A DNA stretch of 62,000 nt from Octopus vulgaris (Eukaryota), in contig OX597824.1 of NCBI GenBank assembly GCA_951406725.2, positions 32,260,001 through 32,322,000 on the forward strand, written 5' to 3'. Shown piece after piece: positions 45,756 through 58,600 of this stretch (the stretch's first letter is position 1; each line of letters starts with the position of its first letter). The notes under the pieces were generated by a model. The model was not told where the DNA came from. It saw only the letters and a program-made list of their open reading frames with translations, and did no database searches. A program made the translations under genes and the position numbers.

Positions 45756-48716
45756 TTGTCTCACCAACATTGCTTGACAACCGATGCTGGTGTGTTTACG
45801 TTAGAACAAGTACTAGGCTTACAAAGAATAAGTCCTGGGGTCGATTTGTTCGACTAAAGGCGGTGCTCCAGCATGGCCACAGTCAAATGACTGAAACAAG
45901 TAAAAAAAAAAAAAAAAGAAGAGTAAAGCCGTTTCAGTGCAGTTGCTTCTCTCTCTGCTTTCTTTTGTTTTTAATCGGGGAATTAACTCGAAGTGATGCC
46001 ATGTAGACAATTTGTTGTAAGTTATCAAATTTGATCGAATTCATTGAAACAGGCTTTCAAGGTTCCATGAGATTTAAACGTTTACTGATCGTTAGTAACG
46101 ATTTCATTTATTGAAAAAATACATTATTTACTTTGTTGACATACTTCGGTTTTTACTCAACACAATATTTATATAAACGGTTCGATTATGTTTTGACCAT
46201 CATTCATTCTGTGTAATAAAGCCCTACTTCTTGTCACTTCCAACAACTCCCCTCTACATATATTCTTTTCTACTCTAGGCACAAAACCCGAAATTTTTGT
46301 GGAGGGGTCAGTCGATTAGATCGATCCCAGTACGGAACTGGTACTTAATTTATCGACCTCGAAAGGATGAAAGGCAAAGTCGACCTCCCACAACGCATAT
46401 ATTACCGCTCTTCAAGCTCTCAGTGAAGATGCATGCTCAGTGGTCAGAGAATCGGGCTTACAATCATGTGGTTGTAAGTTCGATTCCCGGACCGGGCTGT
46501 GTGTTGTGTTCTTGAGCAAGGTACTTTATTTCACGTTGCTCCAGTTCACTCAACTGTAGAAATGAGTTGCGATGTCACTGGTGCTTTGGATAATATTAAT
46601 GGCGTGGAGATAGGATACTGGCATGAATGGGCGACTGCTGGTCTTCCACAAACAAGCTTCCCCGGACTCGGAGGGGAACTTTCTAGGTGCAATCCCATGG
46701 TCATTCGTGACCGAAGCGGAGTCTTTACCCGTACCTTTACCCTCAATCTCTTGGCGTATGAACTTTCATGGATGAAACCGGCTTTTGAAAATGCAGTGCG
46801 ACCACATCTCTAGACTTCATACCATACAGTTGTTCAACGACCTGCAGTTCAATTTTTTTCCACACTGCTGGCTATTCTTCCTTGCTATAACAGCTATTCA
46901 CTTTTGTTCGGTGAGAGATGTTCCAAACAATCTTAGCGGCATTTCGTCCGTCTTTACGCTCTGGGTTCTTATTTCGCCGAGGTCGATTTTACCTTTCATC
47001 CTTTCGGAATTGATAAAATAAATATCAGTTGAGCACTGGGTCAATTGACTATTCCCCCACCCCAAAATTTCAGGCCTTGTGCCTATAATAGAAAGGATTA
47101 TTATCATTCAATTTCATCGAAATCAAATATATTTCCTTTTTTGCTCTGTGATTCAATGTTTTTTTTTTTGTGTTTTTATTTTGCAAGCTTTACAAAATGA
47201 AAATTTGTTCTATGGAGTTCTCGCCAAGAAGGATTTTATTTATCTGTGGATGTCTGCTCTTGACGGCAGGAAGTTAACGAGTAAAGGTTTAGTTTGTTTT
47301 TACAATATTACAGGATATTCATAAATTATCTTTACAACTTCCACAGTTTATTGTATCTATTAAAGTTGAAAACTATCTCCCAATTTCTAGGCAGCCAGTG
47401 GAACCCACTAAGAAGTGTTCTGATGCTTCTAATAAAACTTAATTTGTCCTTCTGTATTTTCCAATGAACTCTGACTCTCTTTTACTCTTTTACTTGTTTC
47501 AGTCATTTGACTGCGGCCATGCTGGAGCACCGCCTTTAGTCGAGCAAATCGATCCCGGGACTTATTCTTTGTAAGCCCAGTCTCTTTTGCCGAACCGCTA
47601 AGTGACGGGGACGTAAACACACCAGCATCGGTTGTCAAGCAATGCTAGGGGCACAAACACAGACACACAAACATATACACACACATACATATATATACAT
47701 ATGTACGACAGGCTTCTTTCATTTCCGTCTACCAAATCCACTCACAAGGCATTGGTCGGCCCGGGGCTATAGCAGAAGACAATTGCCCAAGATGCCACGC
47801 AGTGGGACTGAACCCGGAACCATGTGGTTGGTAAGCAAGCTACGTACCACACAGCCACTGCTGCGCCTATGAGTTATTATTTTCCCTTCTTTTTCTCTTC
47901 TGAATTTCTCAAATTGAAGAGGTAATTTATGGACATTCTGTAAACTTTCTTTCATATTTTGATGACAATTTCTACGTCAAAATACCAACTGAATAAGCTG
48001 CACGATGTACGTGGATACTCTGTTAAAAGGCAGAAAAATGCAGTATTCGTCTAGGGAAAGCCTTTTTGTGTTAAAAACCACAAAATAATATCGCTATCAG
48101 ATAAAAAGCGTCTAGTAATAGCAGCAGAGTTGTTAAACTAAGATACCTGCTTCTTTGAGTACCACCAGTAGCAAGTATCTACTTGCAGCTGTATGCTTAG
48201 ACAAATTTAGCCTCTATTAATATAGAAAAACAATAATTAACAAATCATTGGTGTCGCAAATAACCGGCCAGCAGGCTAAAAATTCGTTATTAGCGACGGA
48301 AGCAAAATTAGTTCAGAATAACATTCTGTTTATTTTACTTAATATAGCTACACTGTAGAAAGTTATAGAACGTCGATATTCGCCTCGCGAAAGAATCTCC
48401 TATGGACGTATAGTGCTAAAAACCCACAGAAAGTCCATTCTTTTGTTAAAGACTAAATATCATACCATACGGACATACGCGCAATCATTATTATAATAAG
48501 GATCATTGTTAAATCCTTATTATTACGCGCGCGTGCGAGCGCATGTGTTTGTGTGTAATGTATTTATAAAATTTAGTTACTATTCGGTTTGAAGCTTTCA
48601 TTTTCTTTTGAAGCCTAGACGACGCAACAAGAAAATTGGACCTCGAACTTCTTAAAATCGTATCCTATTATAAAATGAATGACATGAAAATAACGGTTAT
48701 AATTTTATATACATAA

Positions 48717-49108
48717 CTAGCAGTATCGCCCGGCGTTGCTCGGGTTTGTTTCGACCCTTTAGAATTAGAATTTTTGAAAAGTAAAAATTTTGCCTTATGT
48801 AGCTTGTTATTCTCTTTAAGTGAACATTTTCCTGGTTGAAATACACCGAAAAATGGCGACACAGCAGTAAAAAAATCGTAAAAAATAGGGATTTTCATAA
48901 AAAAAAGCACGTTTTTGATGTAGATAATTTTTGGTGTTAACATGGTCCAATTTTAATTTTTTTCTTCTGCAGAAGGAAGAGCAAGCCTTCTTCTATCATA
49001 CTCTCAATTTTGGTCAACTTGCGCCGCAGGGTCTCGGAGGAGATAGTGTTAGTTGAAGGTTACCAAACCTGCCACACACAGACAACTTCAGCTTTATATA
49101 TGTATAGA
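48717..49108 (-). mobile_element. Non-autonomous Helitron with the shared 3' hairpin but different interior
   Basis: ctagcagtatcgcccggcgttgctcggg at 48717; TCTATACATATATAAAGC start. Confidence 0.85.
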
Positions 49109-49262
49109 GAGATAAACGCATCATATATAATTATGACGTTTTATAATGTAAATCTAACAAGTTTAAAACTTCGCTTTTTATACATTTGAAGTTAAAAAAA
49201 AATATGAGTGAATAGGAGGAATTAATTTGTTGGAATATATTTCCTCATTTCCTACAAGAACT

Positions 49263-50165
49263 ATGTCTGCCACTGAAAACGTTGACTCTTCCTCTGGATT
49301 TGAGACTAAAGGTCATAGACTGGAGGTAGATCTCACTGATGTTTTCGGAATTCGTGTCGGAAATAAAAATCAGTTATTCACATTCTATCCTGGATCAATT
49401 TCTGACGGAAAACTATCAAGAGATTCTAGTGACATCACCATCAATAGTGACTCCACTTCGCTTGATATAAGAAATATTGTAGATGAAATAAAAGAAATTA
49501 AAGCAAACATGGTTACAAGGTCCTGCTATTGTAAGCTGAAAGAAGAAAACGAATGCTTGCATCGAATGATTCACGCTTTGAAAGATTCAAACGAGCAAAT
49601 ATTTCGTAAAATTGCTAAAGAATTATTTGAACTCAAACAACGAGGTACAATGTAATCAAAGACAACTATTTAACTCAGTACAACAGAGAATAATAATTTC
49701 TCTAAGTCCAGTCGAATATTTAAACATTTTATTTGGTTAATATGTCATCTTCCTGTTTCGATTTCAAGATGACACCGTTTCACTTTACATTCTTTATTTA
49801 GAAAAGATATGAATACCACAGCATCTTATTTTCTTCTCTCCTAAATTAAGAGACAATAAATACAAGTTTTAAGATTTAAAATATGCTAATGATTTCTTTA
49901 CTTAAGGGATATTCCAATTCTGATACAAATTTTGATTAACTAACACAAGGGCAAAGAAACCTTCATTTCGTGTGTTCCTTTATTCTTTTATATGTCCATA
50001 TAGGCGCAGGAGTGGCTGTGTGGTAAGTAGCTTGCTTACCAACCACATGGTTTCGGATTCAGTCCCACTGCGTGGTACCTTGGGCAAGTGTCTTCTACTA
50101 TAGCCTCGGGCCGACCAAAGCCTTTTGAGTGGATTTGGTAAACGGAAACTGAAAGAAGCGTGTCG

Positions 50166-50255
<90 letters not shown>

Positions 50256-52504
50256 GTGTGTACATGTTTGTGTAGCTGTGTATGTCACACACCCCAACAT
50301 CACTTGACAACCGATGCTGGTGTGTTTGCGTCCTCGTAACTTAGCGGTTCGGCAAAAGAGATCGATAGAATAAGTACTAGGCTTACAAAGAATAAGTCCT
50401 GGGGTCGATTTGTTCAACTAAAGGCGTTGCTCCAGCATGGCCGCAGTCAAATGACTGAAACAAGTAAAAGAGTAAAAGAGTATATATTTTTCACACGAGC
50501 ATAAATACTTTAGCTCGAAATTCCAGATCTATTGGGAGAAATAAATAAATTTGAGGTGTTCATATATTTTCCAAATACAGTAAAAGCAAAAAATAAAGTA
50601 AGTCTTCTGGCCATTACTGTCTCAAGTCTTAGGACTCATGGGGGACAGCTACTCAGTTCCCATGGTGAATGAGTGGAGTCACAACATTCACTCTGAACGG
50701 AATACAAGTTCATGACAGGGTTACTCACTTATAGCAGAGTGGATTGGAGCAATGTGAAATGAAGCGTTTTGTTCAAGAACACAAAGCATCGCCTAGTCCT
50801 GGAATCGAAGCCAAAATCTTACGATCATATGAGCAACAGCCTAATCATTAGGTCACTTGCTTTCACACCGAATAGAGTATCCGCACAACAAAGCACTTTC
50901 AACTGGTTTTCGAAACGGAATTCGGAATGATGTGGTCGAGAACCTTGTACCGCTTGACGGCGCTCCCTGCTACAAATTTTTACATGAAGAGTAATGTTGA
51001 TGATGATGATTATCACTTGCCATAAACATTAATACTGGGAAATTGAATCCCGTCTATTCATTTACATCCGTGGTTTCCAAACAGCTTCGTGCTACCGCCC
51101 TCTTGACACCAAAGCCACATTCCTAGTCCCCTCCTCCACTCACCACCACAAATGTAGGCTACTTTCTGCAGCAAATTCAAAACAATTGTATTTCATAAAT
51201 AAAATCTGACCTAAACGACCCATTAATTTGTTGTATTTACATTCATCGGCCCCTTTTAGTTAACCCATTACTGCCCCACTTTTCTTCAACGTCCCCACGC
51301 TGAATCTTTCCAATGCCCCCTGGGAGGCAGTACCGCTCATCGGCGAAAGTGATCGATAGAATAAATACCAAGCTTAAACAGAAAGTACTGGGATCCATTC
51401 GTTGGACTAAAATTCTTCAAGACGGCAACCTAGCATGGCCGCAGCCCAATGACTGAAACAAGTAAAAAGAATAAAAGAAATAACCGTTTACAGAAACACA
51501 GAATGAACTAAACAGAATAAGAGACACATGGGATGGAGAGTCGTTGAAGAGGTCACAAGCTGAGGGGGTTTTCAATCAAAAGACACTAAACTAAGAATAA
51601 TAATCATTTCTACTAAAGGTGCAAGGCCTGAAATTTGCGGGGACGGAGCTAGTCGATTAGATCAACCCCAGTACGTAACCGGTACTTAATTTATCGACCC
51701 CGATGAAAGGCAAAGTCGATCTCGGCGGAATTTGAACTCAGAACGTAGCGACGGGCGAAATACCTATTTCTTTACAACCCACAAGGGGCTAAACACAGAG
51801 AGGACAAACAATGACAGACAAACAGATTAAGTCGATTATATCAACCCCAGTGCGCAACTGGTACTTATTTAATCGATCCCGAAAGGATGAAAGGTAAAGT
51901 CGACCTCGGCGGAGTTTGAACTCAAAACGTAGTGGCAGACGAAATACCTATTTTTTTACTACCCATAAGGGGCTAAACACAGAGAGGACAAACAAGGACA
52001 GACAAACGGATTAAGTCGATTCCATCGACCCCAGTGCATAACTGGTACTTATTTAATTGACCCCGAAAGGATGAAAGGCAAAGTCGACCTCGGCGGAATT
52101 TGAACTCAGAACGTAACGGCAGACGAAATACCGCTAAGCATTTCGTCCAGCTTGCCAGCTCACCGCTTTTAAAGTAAGAATAACAACAGCACACAGAGAG
52201 CGCAAACCTCCGCCAACGCAACACCAACATCCTCTCACTGATTAACCGGAGATGATTTTTAAGATGAGAATATCTGAAATAAAATCGACTGCTCTCACAA
52301 ACGAGAATACTAAAAAATTACTCGATCGCTTTCAAACGGAAAAACAATTCAAATATATATATATATATTGAGTGAGATGTGAAGGGAGAGAATATGAAAT
52401 ACCAATACAGAGATTGTCACGCATTTACTATCATAAGATTCACGGCAGAGTGAGCCATAATTATCACTGTGCAAAAGTTGCCAGATTTTAATTTTGTATT
52501 CTCA

Positions 52505-52561
<57 letters not shown>

Positions 52562-55500
52562 TAATAATGATAATACCAAAAACATGTAATGAAAAGAAAT
52601 ATTACAAGTAACTGCAGAATATGTGGAGATGGACAAGAAACAATAAATCATATTATCTCTAGCTGCCCAGTCCTGGCTAAGAAGGAATATATTCACAGAC
52701 ATGACAGAGTTGGAACCTACATACATTGGAAGCTATGCCAACATTATGGAATAACAACAGAAAAAAGATGGTATAGGCACACACCAGAAAAGGTCACAGA
52801 AAACGAGAAAGCAACCATACTCTGGGATATGCCGATACACACAGACAGAGAAATTAAGGCCAACAGACCAGATATAGTTGTCAGAGACCATGGAGGAAAA
52901 AAATGCTTTCTAATTGATGTATCAATACCGGCTGATGACAACGTGTCTCTAAAAGAAATGGAGAAACTCTCAAAATACAAAGACCTGGAAATAGAGGTAA
53001 CTAGAATGTGGAATCTGAAAACAGAAACAATTCCTATCATAGTAGGTGCATTAGGCATGATAAAAAAATATTCAGACAAATACATAACAAAAACACCAGG
53101 ACTTACAAACACATATAACATACAGAAAATTGCACTACTAGGCACTGCACACATCCTACGCAGAACACTTTCCACACAATAACCATCAGAGCATCACAAC
53201 AAATCACAGCACATACCCAAGGCACACAGAGCTGCGCTCTGTAGTGAAGTGAAAGCACGCTATAAAAATAAAACTACTGAATAATGATAATAATAATGAT
53301 AATAATAATAATAATATTGGTGCCAACATACACCGGAAAAGGTAATGGACAAAAATGGGAAGGCAAAAATCCTCTGGGACTTTGATTTCCAGACAAAGTG
53401 TTCAAATTCCTTAAACAACCCATATTCAGGGACCTTTTGAACAGGATGGGTTACTCGACCAGAAGAAAATTCTAACTGGGCCCCACCTGTAAGGTCATAC
53501 GCTGTTTATCTTGATATGAGATCACCATGTCGCGCACATATGGTTGTGATGCATGTACCTAGTGTACCCTTATCAGACGGGTAATCATGATAGGTATACT
53601 GGGCTTCGTATATTTTACCCCAGTGTCACTTTGATGGCATGCACTGCTCTCTCATGATAACAACAACAACAACAATAATAATCATTCCTACTACATGTAC
53701 AATGCCTGAAATTTGGGGAAGGGAGATAATCGATTACATTGACCCCAATACTCAAGTGGTACTTATTTTATCGACGCCGAAAGGAATTTATGGGGCCATG
53801 GTTCAAATCATTCCCTTCAGCCATAGTTCTTCGCCTTTATTGAACCAGTTCTTTTCAGTTCATTCGTCAACAGATATTCCCATATATTCTATTTGCTCCA
53901 AACGTATTTTTCTTCAGAGATCCCTTCAATCATCCACTGACCCTTTATCTGATGTTCCCCATATGAAAACTTTTTTTACTCTTCTTTACTACTGCCCACT
54001 TATCTATGACCTATTTATTGATCTCTTTTTAACGTCAAGGCTCATGGCTCAGTGGTTAGAGCGTCGGGCTCACAGTCATGAGGTAGTGAGTTCGATTCCC
54101 GGACAGGGCTGTGCGTTGTGTTCTCAAGCAAGACATTTTACCTCACGTTGCTCCAGTTCACTCAGCTGTAGAAATGAATTGCGACGTCACTGGTGCCAAG
54201 CTGTATCGGCCTTTGCCTTTTTCTTGGATAGCATCAGTGACGTGGAGAGGGGAGACTGGTATTGTTCAGACTTGTGCCTCGGAGGGTAAACTCCAAGGTG
54301 CAATTCTATGGCCATTCATGACCTAAGGAGTTTTTACCCTATTTATTGATATCTTTTAATAATGGTTGATAATGCGAGTTCATCAAACAGTTATTTAAAA
54401 ATGCCCCTACGACACTCATTTTCGAATATATTCAACATTTGTTTTATTGGTTTGGTAACTTACCAGCTTTTATCAGCCAAAAACAAAAAAAAATTGATGA
54501 TCGTATAACGAAGGCGTTACTCACTTTTGTTACTATTAGGCAGATTATATATTTCCTATTTCAATTGAAAGTCTATATCACCTTATCATCTTTAGATACG
54601 GAAATATCTAACGGTCCCACAACGGTATTTGAATGAATTTTTATCCATTCCACATAGGTCAGCTCCTCAAGATGATATGTGGATAATTCCTTAAAAACGT
54701 TAGATTTGATACCCTTAAAGTAATATTAGTATACACGTACAGAAGTAGTGAGGAGATGATAGCAAGCTGTGTCCAAACATTGCTAGTTTGCAAAATAAAA
54801 AATTTCTTAACATCAAGAGGAACGTTATTACCATCATCAAATGTTGATGGATAAGTCTGCTGTTAGCTTCATTTAATTGAATTATTTTTAATTTCAACTT
54901 ATATGATATTAATGCAATGGTTAATTTCTTTTGCAACAAATTATTTCGGATATACTTCCTCATGTTTCGAAGCAATTCAAAAAAATTTTCACCAAAATTA
55001 TTAAAGTACGAAACATAGTCGATGTTCTTTCCATTTCAAACGTGAAATCTTCGAGACCAAGCAATTTAGTATTGTTACTACAATAACTTTTACTTTGTAA
55101 TGCGTATACGACACAATGGCTAGGGAGCATTTAAAAAATGGGAGATAGCTCAATTGGAAATCCCATAAGATTCATAATAAAGTAACACGGAAGTTCATTC
55201 GATAACAACTAGTTTGGTGCCACGGGAGGAATTTCATTTATCAAAACCTCTTTAAAAAAGAAACCGATTGGAAACATTGAAATACTGGTTGGTAGTATTT
55301 TAAAACATGAATTTTGTTTTTAGAATTGATCTTTGAATAACATTTCTGTCTGCGGAAGCTGTTACTTCGTTTTGTAAAACAATAAAACGCCGAATGTGCA
55401 AAACTAAAACTTTCTCGTTGGAATTTCAGCGTCGAATTATTTGTCAAATGATACGTCAGATGTAACAAAAAAAAAAAAAAAAAAAAGAAACCTGCCGTAC

Positions 55501-55607
55501 TTTTCGGAATAGTTGTTCTACATAAGTCGGAATTTCTGCTTCTTTTTTTCTTTTAATAGCACATTTCAAAACAATGGAGATACGAGAAGCTGTTAAAACA
55601 AATTTAA
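49263..55607 (+). CDS. Candidate unrecognised spliced gene, about 166 aa with a predicted coiled coil (exons 49259-49644, 50527-50597, 55560-55607)
   Basis: A 382-nt non-repetitive open exon after a pyrimidine-rich acceptor, with GAG|gtac donor (phase 1). Exon 50527-50597 is open in that phase and ends AAA|gtaagt. A strong acceptor at 55559 gives HISKQWRYEKLLKQI-stop in phase 0. The unspliced alternative is a 130-aa ORF ending at 49655 with AATAAA at 49855. Confidence 0.5.
51600..52170 (-). mobile_element. SINE B tandem trimer
   Basis: Three body units plus one partial head. Confidence 0.85.
52560..53315 (+). mobile_element. R4/Dong-clade LINE 3' end (CCHC knuckle plus restriction-like endonuclease) within (TAA)n
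   Basis: ORF 52589-53182: CRICGDGQETINHIISSCPVLAKKEYIHRHD, RPDIVV, LIDVSIP, EKLSKYKDL, PIIVGALG; (TAA)n on both sides; a second small fragment at 53320-53395 (WCQHTPEKV...KILWDF). Confidence 0.93.
54360..55135 (-). pseudogene. Possible decayed coding sequence with LRR-like segments
   Basis: Interrupted frames: MLPSHCVVYALQSKSYCSNNTKLLGLEDF..., YYFKGIKSNVFKELSTYHLEELTYVEWIKIHSNTVVGPLDISVSKDDKVI*; many stops and frameshifts. Confidence 0.25.
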
Positions 55608-55676
55608 ATCCATGTTTTTCAAACGTTTCCTTGTTGCATTAGTTATGTCAAAAACCTGGTGTCAGTTTATATACAA

Positions 55677-58600
55677 CTAGCTGAGGTACCCGGCATTGCT
55701 CGGGGTGTGAACGCTTTGAATACTTATTTTCTTGTCTAACGACCAGCGTCGCGAAGTGCTTTTGAAAAACGTACAGAATTCCATGCCAAAACGTACCAAA
55801 ATTCACAAAAAATGTACAAAATATTTTTGAAACATGTCACAACCGCGAAAAATAGAGAAAAATACGGTTTTTCTTAGAAAATCTGAAATATATGGGTGTA
55901 TAATGACTTGAAATTGATGAAAATACATTTTTTTTTTCTAGTTTCAGCTCAGAGCTGCGGCCATGCTGATGCACCGCCGTTAAAAAGAAAGAATATTGAA
56001 ATCTAACATTTCTAAAACGTACAATACAGTCAATTTTTCAGTAAAAGCATACAGAACTGTACAAACTTGCCAACTTCGGCAGCGCTGCTAACGAACCCTC
56101 CAGGTGAAGTCCTGCCACAGAGAGTGTTTGCCCTTGCGATTTGTTGCTCGACATCGCAAAACTCACACGAACAGAATGACCGCCTCAATAACACGTGGCA
56201 CCATCTTCTTCACCACCAGTCGTGCCGCGTTGAACAGTCTCAGAGGATCCAAATTCTTCAGCAGCATTATTGGAATGCCCACTTTCAGTCCCAATCTGTG
56301 GGAAGGGAGACCCGGAGGTTCCAATGAATTGAAGAATTCTGTGCGGGATTTGGTGTTGTATCAACTGACTTGAAGACTTGCGGAATTCCAGGCATGAACT
56401 GCAGCAGCTGCTCATTGATATTATTGACATGGATATTATTGACAATTGATATATATATTGACATTGTCAATATTATTGACACTGATATTATTGATATTAT
56501 TAGTGGGTTTTTTTTGAGCAAGTATTGCCTTTTCGCATAGCCAACTGAGATTCTTGTAATTTTCCCTCAGATTGGGAAACACAACAGATTTGAGATCATT
56601 AACGGTACTAATGATGGTGCAAACTGGTCTGAGTGGAATTTCTTGCCTTCACCAGGAGTCAAAATATCTTCAGCAAATTTTGCCGACAGTTGGTCACCGT
56701 ACAGTTGAGCTCTCATGTTAGTGTTAAGACGCAATATTGTGACCTGGTGTCATAATGGAGAGGACTTAAGACACACTCGGACTTCATCCGCCCTGGTTCC
56801 TTTGGGAATTACTGTAAGAGTTTGCCTGAAATCCCCAGGTAATAAAAGTGTGACACCTCCTCCCACCATGGGATCCTGACAGTCCCTGATGTCTAAAGCT
56901 TCATGAGCTCCTTTGTGTGTCATGGTGCATTCATCCAACACAACGAGCTGACACCTTCTCAGCACTTTTCCATTATCTGAGCTCTTACTGATGTGACAAG
57001 TAGGAATGTCAAATCTTGTCATATAGAGAGGAAGCTTAAATGTAGAATGTGCTGTCCTGCCACCAGGCAGTAAAATCTCCGCAACCCCATCTCCGCAATA
57101 TCTAATGCGATGCCCTTGTGCTGTCTAACTTTGGCTAGGAGAAGCTTTGTTACGTATGTTTTTCCTGTCCCCCCCCCCTGGAGCATCCAGGAAAAATATG
57201 CCTCCTCTTCGGTAGAGCACACAGTCAACAATAATGCGGTAAGAGCGTTGCTGGTCAGGAAGCAATTTAGGCTCAGTTTGGATGACATATCTCGTGAGAG
57301 CCTCAATGTCGTAGGACGTTTCTTGAAGAATGTATGTGGGAAGAGAATTCGAAGTTTCCCGTAGTGTTTGGGGCAAACCATATGTAGGAAGAGCATTTCC
57401 ACCCATTGAAACAATCTTGTCCTCTATATCGATCAACACAAGCTTGTAGACTCCATCACTGAAGCCTACTTCTATGCCGGGCAACTGCATTTGTGCCTCT
57501 TTTTTGCCATTCCACAGTGTACATGTCACATTTCACATGTCCAAGTACCTGACTTTTTATGATGAAGTCCAACAGTTTAATCAACTTTAACCGAAAGACT
57601 CTGGCCATGAGGACATGCTTGTCTTTGGGTTTTTGACCCGCAAAGAGTTCACTACTGCCACTAAGGATTGCATATGAAGGCGATAAATAGATCAGGTCTC
57701 CCATAATGCCGCACATATGTCATTGTACTCTGGGTCCTCTCATGCATATAGCGGGGACCTCCTGTAAAAGTAGATAGAAGAATGCAAACTTGTCCAATGT
57801 TTCTGGGAGCTGCATCATTGTCGATACTACTTCGAAGATGGATGTAGCTGTCACAACGCAGCCTTTTCTGATTTTTTTTTATGAACCCCAATCTCTCAGA
57901 CTCCATTTTTGCATTCATATCAACTGCAAATTGGTGGTAGAGTTCCTGCGACCTGTGTAGGTGGTTGAAGCAGTTGTTGCATGTCAAAGCGGTCCGTGCA
58001 TGAAACTGTTTTGTTGATTTGCTCTCCAGCATTGTTAGTGCTACGCTTTGGAATGCCAAAATGGTAACCGTTCTCACCATGTACAAAGAGAAGGGGATAC
58101 TGAAGTGCATCGTAGGATCTCTGTGTTTCAGTGGTCCTTTGTATTGTATTCTCTCAACGATTGAGAACAATGTCTCTGCTCTTGTATTGGTCACCATGGA
58201 AGACAACAGCAATCCCATTGCATGTGGGTGCATTATAGCAGCCTGCATGTTCCCCAGATTGTCTTTGCTCAGCGTTTATTACAACGGTAAAATTTGGTGT
58301 AGTTTCTGTTTCCAAAGCATACCTGAGGCTTTGGACATAGCTGTTTCTAAAATGCATCATCTTCTAAAGTGGCAGAATGAGCTCCAGGTGAAATGGAGTT
58401 TCGCCTGCTTGCTTGCTGATGGTAGTTCCCAACAAAGTACAGCTGAAGAAATCGAGGTTCTTCATTTTTCAGAGGCTGGAATGATCCAATCCTGTGATAC
58501 GCCTGTCCTTGCACTTTAAAAGTGGGTATAAATCCATCCTCTCTGACAATATTTGCCCCAAAAGAGGTCATTTGAAAAGCGCAATTGTACTTTCGAATGT

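Noticed and set aside
51600-52170. Regularly spaced repeats resembling a CRISPR array
   Set aside because: About 188-bp SINE bodies in tandem with no unique spacers, no cas genes and a eukaryotic context.
53639-54289. 216-aa ORF
   Set aside because: A mosaic of microsatellite, SINE B fragment, low-complexity sequence and SINE C.
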